Assembly: GCA_965261085.1 (NCBI GenBank) | Contig: OZ253442.1 | Span: 3,328,001 to 3,392,000 of the forward strand | Direction of reading: 5' to 3' | DNA: 64,000 nt | From: a bacterium | GTDB lineage: Bacteria > UBA8248 | Shown here: in pieces, positions 58,246 through 64,000 of the stretch | How the letters are laid out: each line of letters begins with the position of its first letter | Position numbering within the stretch: position 1 is the first letter of the stretch | Translations under genes and position numbers: made by a program | Notes under the pieces: model-generated | The model's input: the letters and a program-made list of their open reading frames with translations, nothing else | The model's database searches: none | What the model was told of the DNA's origin: nothing

Positions 58246-59361
58246 TTGGAGCCAACAGCACAAATGAAAAAAATCGAGAAAATAGAGCTCTTTCCCGTCG
58301 CCATCCCCCTCAACCATCCCTACAAGAGCGCTACACGCATGGCGACGCATTCTGAGGACATCGTCGTAAAAATCACCTGCGACGGCGTTTCCGGCTGGGG
58401 AGGAGCGCCGCTCCGCTCGTTCCCAACCGGGGAGACCTTGAAGAGCGCGTATCAGATTCTCGAGGAATACCTGGTTCCCGCCATCGCCGATTGCAACCCC
58501 TTCGATCGGGAACTCATCGTCCACAAGATGGACAAGGCCATTCCCTTCCACTATTCGCCCAAAGCGGCCATCGATTGCGCCGTGCACGACCTGCTGGGCC
58601 GCATGCTGGGCTGTCCGGTCTACGATCTGCTCGGCGGAAAAATCAGGGACGAGATGCCCGCTTTCGACATCCTGCCCCTCGAATCACCCGAAAGAACCGC
58701 CGAACTCGCGGCGGAATCCATGGCTTTAGGGATAACGTCGTTCAAGGTGAAGATGAACCGCGACACGAAGACGAGCATCGCGCGCGTGGCGGCGGCCAGA
58801 GAGGCGGCCGGGGATGAGGCCCACATCGTCGTCGACGCGAACATGAGCTGGACGCCCAAGCTCGCCGTGCAGATGTGCGCGCGCATCGAGGAATACGGCA
58901 TCACCATGGTCGAACAGCCCGTGCCCGGCAACGACCTCGACGGCCTGGAATTCGTCACCAAGAACACGCGCATCCCCATCTGCGCGGACGAGTCCTTCCG
59001 CCCCGACTACCTGGCCGAAATCGCCCGCAGGCGCGCCGCCGACATCGTGAACCTGAAGGTGAACCGCGAGGGTGGGCTGCTTCACGCGAAAAAGGCCGCC
59101 GCCCTCATCGAGATTCACGGCATCGAGGGTATTTGCGGCAGCGTGATTCACAGCGCACTGAACGACGCCGCCTGCGCGCACCTTTTCGCCTCCACGCCCG
59201 CCATCGTCTACAACGAATCGGGCAAGGCCCCCGCCTGGCATGATGAGGACATCGTCACCGGCTTCAAGGCGGAAGGCGGGGTCGTCAAGGTTCCCGAGGG
59301 TCCGGGTCTGGGGGTGGAAGTGAACGAGGAGGCGGTTCACAAATTCCGCCTCGATATTTAA
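58246..59361 (+). CDS. enolase superfamily, muconate lactonizing enzyme/dipeptide epimerase subgroup
   Basis: KVK, DAN, EQP, DES, NLK, PGLG. Confidence 0.88.
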   Translation: MEPTAQMKKIEKIELFPVAIPLNHPYKSATRMATHSEDIVVKITCDGVSGWGGAPLRSFPTGETLKSAYQILEEYLVPAIADCNPFDRELIVHKMDKAIPFHYSPKAAIDCAVHDLLGRMLGCPVYDLLGGKIRDEMPAFDILPLESPERTAELAAESMALGITSFKVKMNRDTKTSIARVAAAREAAGDEAHIVVDANMSWTPKLAVQMCARIEEYGITMVEQPVPGNDLDGLEFVTKNTRIPICADESFRPDYLAEIARRRAADIVNLKVNREGGLLHAKKAAALIEIHGIEGICGSVIHSALNDAACAHLFASTPAIVYNESGKAPAWHDEDIVTGFKAEGGVVKVPEGPGLGVEVNEEAVHKFRLDI

Positions 59362-59439
59362 TACGGGCAGACTTTCCCGGGCACTCGACTTTTTGTAGCC
59401 CAAGCCTATGCGCCGCGCCTCTCCCGAGCCGCCGCCTTG

Positions 59440-60585
59440 CTAGAGCTTGTGGCCGTAGAGCTCCTCGGCGCTCTCATGGTAGATGCGGCGCCTGAGTTCA
59501 TCCGAGACTTCCTGAAAAACCTGCCTGGGATTGTCGAAATCCCAATGCGGATAATCGGACGCGAACAGCAGCGTCTTCTCCGCTTTCGCCATCCTGAGAA
59601 TCTGGCGATGATCCTCGTTCGTGGGCGGCTCCGCGATGGGCTGTGTGGTCAGCCGGATGTGATCGACGATGTATTCACTCGGCGGACGCTCGAGCCAGGG
59701 CACCTCCGCACGCAGCGAGCGCCATTCCTGATCGAAACGCCACATGATGCTCGGCAACCATGCGTAGCCCATCTCCTGAAAAACGACCTTGAGTTTCGGG
59801 AAACGCACGAACACGCCCTCGCACACCAGACTGATGACCTGGGCTTGCGCGATGGTCACCGCTCCCGTATGCACCTCGATGTAATAGGCTGGAACGCCCG
59901 TCGGGTTCATGGGCGTGTTCACGCCCGCCCCTTCTCCTGCGCCGTGCATCCCGATGGGCAGCCCCATGGCCTCGGCGGCTTCGTAGATGGGATAGTAATG
60001 GCGGTTTCCCAATAAAACGTCCATCTGCGGAATTTGCACCTGCACCACGGCGGGATGAGCGCCGATTCTCTCGATTTCCTTGACGGCGAGCCCCGGGTCG
60101 CGCGGGCCGACGTGAATCGCGAGCTTGAGCCGAGGTTCCGGTTCGCACCACTCATGAAGCAGCCAGTCGTTGTTCGCCGCAATAAACGCCGCCGCCATGT
60201 CGGCGTCCGGCAATCCCCCGATGCCGAACAGATCGCCCGCGATCAGGATGCCGGTGTCGACCCCGTATTTGTCCAGATGGTGTGAGCGCAACATCTCGAG
60301 GCTAGAACCAGGCCTCCCGCCGTCGGGCGGCAGGGCGTCGGGACGCTCGGCGCCGTGGGGGTGGTAATACCAGCGCTTCGGAATCGAAAAGACGTTTCTC
60401 GCGGTGGTCGGGTCTTTCGCGGAACTGAGCGGCGCCACGCCCATACGCTTGCGCCATGATTCTGAGAGATACGGATGAAGCTGGTACATGCCGTTCATTC
60501 GCGGGTGGATATCCGCATCTATTATCTTGAGTTTCACCTCATCCGCCGTTTCCGGCGCTGCCGTTTCAAGTCCGGTCTCGTTCAT
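59440..60585 (-). CDS. amidohydrolase_2 protein, probable dinuclear oxygenase; paralogue of 14459..15646
   Basis: DADIH, MHG, QEMGYAW, TTQP.AEP, ASDYPHWDFD. Confidence 0.8.
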   Translation of the reverse strand: MNETGLETAAPETADEVKLKIIDADIHPRMNGMYQLHPYLSESWRKRMGVAPLSSAKDPTTARNVFSIPKRWYYHPHGAERPDALPPDGGRPGSSLEMLRSHHLDKYGVDTGILIAGDLFGIGGLPDADMAAAFIAANNDWLLHEWCEPEPRLKLAIHVGPRDPGLAVKEIERIGAHPAVVQVQIPQMDVLLGNRHYYPIYEAAEAMGLPIGMHGAGEGAGVNTPMNPTGVPAYYIEVHTGAVTIAQAQVISLVCEGVFVRFPKLKVVFQEMGYAWLPSIMWRFDQEWRSLRAEVPWLERPPSEYIVDHIRLTTQPIAEPPTNEDHRQILRMAKAEKTLLFASDYPHWDFDNPRQVFQEVSDELRRRIYHESAEELYGHKL

Positions 60586-60627
60586 TTCCGACCCCTCAAT
60601 GTCATGAACTCAAAAATTTGCGAAGTC

Positions 60628-61971
60628 TTAAAATTCCGGAAACTCCGCCCTCCAGCCCATCTCGTCCTCAAACCACTTCGCCATCGCCAGGAGCTTCTCC
60701 TCGCCGCAGCGCATGGCCCCGAACTGGATTCCCAGGGGGAGGTTCATGTCCCCGCGTCCCAAAGGCAGGGTGATCGCAGGCTGGCCCGAAAAGGTAAGCG
60801 GCTGCAAAAAGGCCGGCCCCCCGGTGGATTCCTCCCACGGCGGTGGCCCCGCATCGAAACTCGGAAGCACGAACAAATCGTAGCGGTTCATCAAATCGTC
60901 CATTTTCCGGGTGAAATTCGTGCGAACGCGCATCGCCTTCACGTAATGAACCGAGGGCGTCATATAGCCAATCGTGAAACTCCTGCGCACGAAAGGCGAG
61001 AGGTCATCCTTGTGCGCCGCGTACAAATCCTCATGGCAGGATGCGAAATCCACGCACCGGACGATGAAATGCGCCGCGTTTATCTCATCCATGCTCAGAG
61101 GCAACTCCACCTCGTGGACGGCGACGCCCTTCGATTCGATTCGGGCTATGGCCCGTTCGGTCCACTCGACGACTTCCTCGCTGGCAAGCGCGAGCAAATG
61201 CTTCAAATATGCGATTTTCTCCGGTTTCCGGGGCGTCTGGTTCGCGGCGGGCGGGGGGGACTGCACGGCGCTGTGATCCATCCCATCCGGTCCGGCCGCC
61301 ACTTCGAGAATTTTGGCGATATCTTCTACTGTGCGCGCTATGATTCCTGGGTGATCGAAATTCCACGAAACTTCGATGACGCCCGTTCTGGGAATGCGTC
61401 CATAGGTGGGCTTCAGACCCGGTACGCCACAATACGCGGCGGGGCGAAGCGTGGAGCCCGTCGTCTGGCTGCCGAACGCGGCGGGCACCATCCCCGCGCC
61501 CACGGCCGCGGCCGAGCCGCTGCTCGACCCGCCCGGGCTTCGCTCGATGTTCCAGGGATTGCGGGTGATCGATGGATCCCCCTGCGCGAAAGGCGTGGTC
61601 ACCGCCTTGCCCAGGGCAATCGCGCCCGCACTCCGCAAGCGCGCCACGCACTCGGCGTCATCGGAAGCTATCTGTCCCTTGAAAATCTCCGTTCCCGCTT
61701 CGAGCTTGAGTCCCCGGATGCCGAAAATATCCTTGGCCGCAAAAGGCGCCCCCGCCAGAGGGCCTAACTCCTCCCCGGCGTTCCTGGCGTCATCCACCGC
61801 CTTCGCCGCCTCGAGCGCGCCCTCATTATCCACCTGCACCCAGGCTTTCACCTTATCCTCACACGCGTCGATACGGGATAAAAGAGAGCGCACCCATTCC
61901 GTCGCGGTGAGATCGCCCTCCTCCATCTTGCGCAAACCATCGCTCAACGAGAGCCGCCAGTGTTCACTCAT
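60628..61971 (-). CDS. amidase signature family enzyme (GatA/AtzE-like)
   Basis: AKD, PGGSSSGSAAAV, GSQTTGS..RPA. Confidence 0.92.
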   Translation of the reverse strand: MSEHWRLSLSDGLRKMEEGDLTATEWVRSLLSRIDACEDKVKAWVQVDNEGALEAAKAVDDARNAGEELGPLAGAPFAAKDIFGIRGLKLEAGTEIFKGQIASDDAECVARLRSAGAIALGKAVTTPFAQGDPSITRNPWNIERSPGGSSSGSAAAVGAGMVPAAFGSQTTGSTLRPAAYCGVPGLKPTYGRIPRTGVIEVSWNFDHPGIIARTVEDIAKILEVAAGPDGMDHSAVQSPPPAANQTPRKPEKIAYLKHLLALASEEVVEWTERAIARIESKGVAVHEVELPLSMDEINAAHFIVRCVDFASCHEDLYAAHKDDLSPFVRRSFTIGYMTPSVHYVKAMRVRTNFTRKMDDLMNRYDLFVLPSFDAGPPPWEESTGGPAFLQPLTFSGQPAITLPLGRGDMNLPLGIQFGAMRCGEEKLLAMAKWFEDEMGWRAEFPEF

Positions 61972-62183
61972 TTCGCGCCCTCATCAGCCTTAAGATTTTC
62001 GAGTGGGGGGATAAACGGTTCATCGGTGGATTCCACGGGTATATTGGAGAGGATTTGAAGCATCCGGGCGCAATCATCCGCCGTCTTGAGGCCTAGTTCA
62101 TCCTGGGGCACGTCAAAGACGGCAGCGGCCATCTCGCTTATTCGCGCCGCTATTTTGTGATGACCCTCTTGTGGTTGTGGCAT
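61968..62183 (-). CDS. small GatC/AtzG-like amidase partner
   Basis: 71 aa, ATGA overlap with the amidase, L..IP....EP tail. Confidence 0.55.
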   Translation of the reverse strand: MPQPQEGHHKIAARISEMAAAVFDVPQDELGLKTADDCARMLQILSNIPVESTDEPFIPPLENLKADEGAK

Positions 62184-62303
62184 ATTCACTCTCCCGATTG
62201 CATGGATGTCACCCAGTCCGGCATATCGCGTTAGGCATTTCGCATGAAAGCATCATACTATAAAGGAGCCGCCATGATTAAGGGCGATGAGAGGGAAAAA
62301 CGC

Positions 62304-62756
62304 ATGAAAATCTGGGTGGATGCGGACGCATGCCCACAAGATGTCAAAGAGATCCTCTATAAAACCGCAAATCGGCTCGATATTCCCACCGTGCTGGTGG
62401 CCAACATGAAGCTGAGGACGCCGGATATTCCCTCGGTTTCCATGATACAGGTCCCCGGCGGAGCGGACGTGGCCGATGAGTACATCGTAGAGCACTTGAG
62501 CTCAGGCGATTTCGTCATCACCGCGGATGTTCCCTTCGCGGCGAAAGCGGTCGAAAAAGGCGCGCTGGCCATCGACCCCCGAGGCGAAGTCTATAGCGAA
62601 GAAAACGTGGGCGAGCGGCTTTCCTTGAGAAACTTCATGATGGATATGCGCTCGGGCGGCCTCGTCCAGGGCGGCCCGCCACCCATGGCCACCTCGGATC
62701 GCCATAAATTCGCAGCGGCGCTCGACAGGGAATTGACGAAAAAACGGAACAGCTAG
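62304..62756 (+). CDS. yaiI: YaiI/YqxD (DUF188) family protein
   Basis: MKIWVDADACP, VAD..I, ITAD.P.A, PRGE. Confidence 0.92.
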   Translation: MKIWVDADACPQDVKEILYKTANRLDIPTVLVANMKLRTPDIPSVSMIQVPGGADVADEYIVEHLSSGDFVITADVPFAAKAVEKGALAIDPRGEVYSEENVGERLSLRNFMMDMRSGGLVQGGPPPMATSDRHKFAAALDRELTKKRNS

Positions 62757-63739
62757 GCGTTCACGTCGACGACCACGCGGCCCCTCACCTGTCCTTTCAG
62801 GATATCACCGCCCAGGCCGGCCAGATCGGAAAGCGTCGCTTCGGTGATCATGGATTCGAGTTTGTCCATGGGCATCTGCTCCGCAAGCCGCGCCCACGCC
62901 TTTTGACGAGGTTCATAGGGGCACATGACGGAATCGATGCCCAGAAGATTCACGCCCCGCAGGAGAAACGGGATCACCGTCGTCTCGAGCGCGCTCCCGC
63001 CGGCCAGACCCACCGCCGCCACCGAGCTTCGGTATTTCATCTGCGTCAGCAGACGCGCCAGCGTCGTGCCGCCCACCGAATCGACGCACCCCGCCCAGCG
63101 CTCGCTATCGAGCGGGCGTTTCGTGGGTTCGGCGAGTTCGCTCCGGGCAATGATGTTCGAAGCGCCGAGTGATTGGAGATATCCGTGGGTCTCCTCCCTC
63201 CCCGTCGACGCGGTGACGGAATAGCCCTGACTCGCAAGAACGGCCACGGCGACGGAACCCACCCCACCGGCGGCGCCTGTGACCAGGACTTCCCCGTCTT
63301 CGATGCCCAGGCCATGGTCTTCTAACGCCTGAACGGAGAGCATGGCCGTGAAGCCGGCCGTGCCGAGCGCCATCGCCTGTCTCGTTGAGAGATTCTCCGG
63401 CAGGTGGACCAGCCAATCCCCCTTCACGCGCGACTTTTGGGAATATCCCCCCCAGTGCGCCTCGCCGACCCGCCAGCCGGTGAGGACTACCTTGTCTCCG
63501 GTGTGATAATCGTGGTGCGCGCTCTCCTCCACCGTGCCCGCGAAATCGATGCCCCCGATGTGGGGATAATTCCGCACCATCCGCCCGACGCCGCCCAGGA
63601 TCATCCCGTCCTTATAGTTGAGCGTAGAATAATCAATCGCGACCGTCACGTCGCCATCCGGCAGGCTCGCCTCGTCGAGTTCCTGAATCGATGAACTGAC
63701 TTTCCCGTCCGCTTCCTCTAAAACCAGAGCACGAAACAT
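62753..63739 (-). CDS. acuI: acryloyl-CoA reductase AcuI/YhdH (MDR family)
   Basis: YSTLNYKD, GTAGFTAML, VTGAAGGVGS, PFLLRGV.LLGIDSV. Confidence 0.88.
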   Translation of the reverse strand: MFRALVLEEADGKVSSSIQELDEASLPDGDVTVAIDYSTLNYKDGMILGGVGRMVRNYPHIGGIDFAGTVEESAHHDYHTGDKVVLTGWRVGEAHWGGYSQKSRVKGDWLVHLPENLSTRQAMALGTAGFTAMLSVQALEDHGLGIEDGEVLVTGAAGGVGSVAVAVLASQGYSVTASTGREETHGYLQSLGASNIIARSELAEPTKRPLDSERWAGCVDSVGGTTLARLLTQMKYRSSVAAVGLAGGSALETTVIPFLLRGVNLLGIDSVMCPYEPRQKAWARLAEQMPMDKLESMITEATLSDLAGLGGDILKGQVRGRVVVDVNA

Positions 63740-63759
63740 AACGCATCATCTCCATATGG

Positions 63760-64000
63760 TTAGCTTAGTTCGATTGCCTCTTTGAGCTGGCCGAGCGTCG
63801 CCTCGGCAAACGCCCACATGTTCGCCTCCCTGTCCGCGCTGCCCGTCTCCAGCGTCATCACCTTGTTCACCGGGCCGGAAACCGCCATGCACGAGTGCCC
63901 GGGCGCATCCCCGTATCTGTTTCCCGAAGGGCCTGCGGCCCCGGTTTCGGAAACACCCCAGGTCGATCCGAGCCTGTCCTTGATCGCCGCGGCCAGCTTC
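63760..64000 (-). CDS. CinA/PncC family protein, 3' part (cut by the window edge)
   Basis: TWGVSETGAAGPSGNRYGDAPGH...TLETG..DR..NM. Confidence 0.8.
   Translation of the reverse strand, partial: KLAAAIKDRLGSTWGVSETGAAGPSGNRYGDAPGHSCMAVSGPVNKVMTLETGSADREANMWAFAEATLGQLKEAIELS

Overview
Bacterial DNA of moderately high GC, densely packed with solute transporters (three ABC sets plus a truncated binding protein, a tripartite tricarboxylate transporter, two TAXI-TRAP systems, MFS, PiT, TauE) and catabolic enzymes (hydantoinase/oxoprolinase A and B, two class III aminotransferases, three luciferase-like monooxygenases, two amidohydrolase_2 plus Rieske pairs, amidase, cupins, AcuI). I recognised no transcription-factor, rRNA, tRNA or CRISPR locus. 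The gene content suggests a marine heterotroph or invertebrate symbiont (inference only). Main points: (1) two complete ~3.07-kb IS1595-family cargo elements (74..3142 with a perfect 8-bp target duplication; 39320..42396). Each carries secreted or surface cargo genes behind a promoter-driven ~135-nt structured leader RNA, plus a small counter-transcribed hairpin RNA, which may be an undescribed RNA-control system. (2) An AhpD-like selenoprotein (CxxU, in-frame TGA, SECIS-like hairpin) that the ORF track splits in two. (3) Two probable amidohydrolase-related dinuclear oxygenase/Rieske modules. (4) A tandem pair of HEPN-like paralogues heading a TRAP operon. (5) A decayed tyrosine-integrase fragment and att-like AT-rich region at ~45.1-45.4 kb that may mark an island border. 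All family calls come from motif recognition by eye; no database search or folding program was run.
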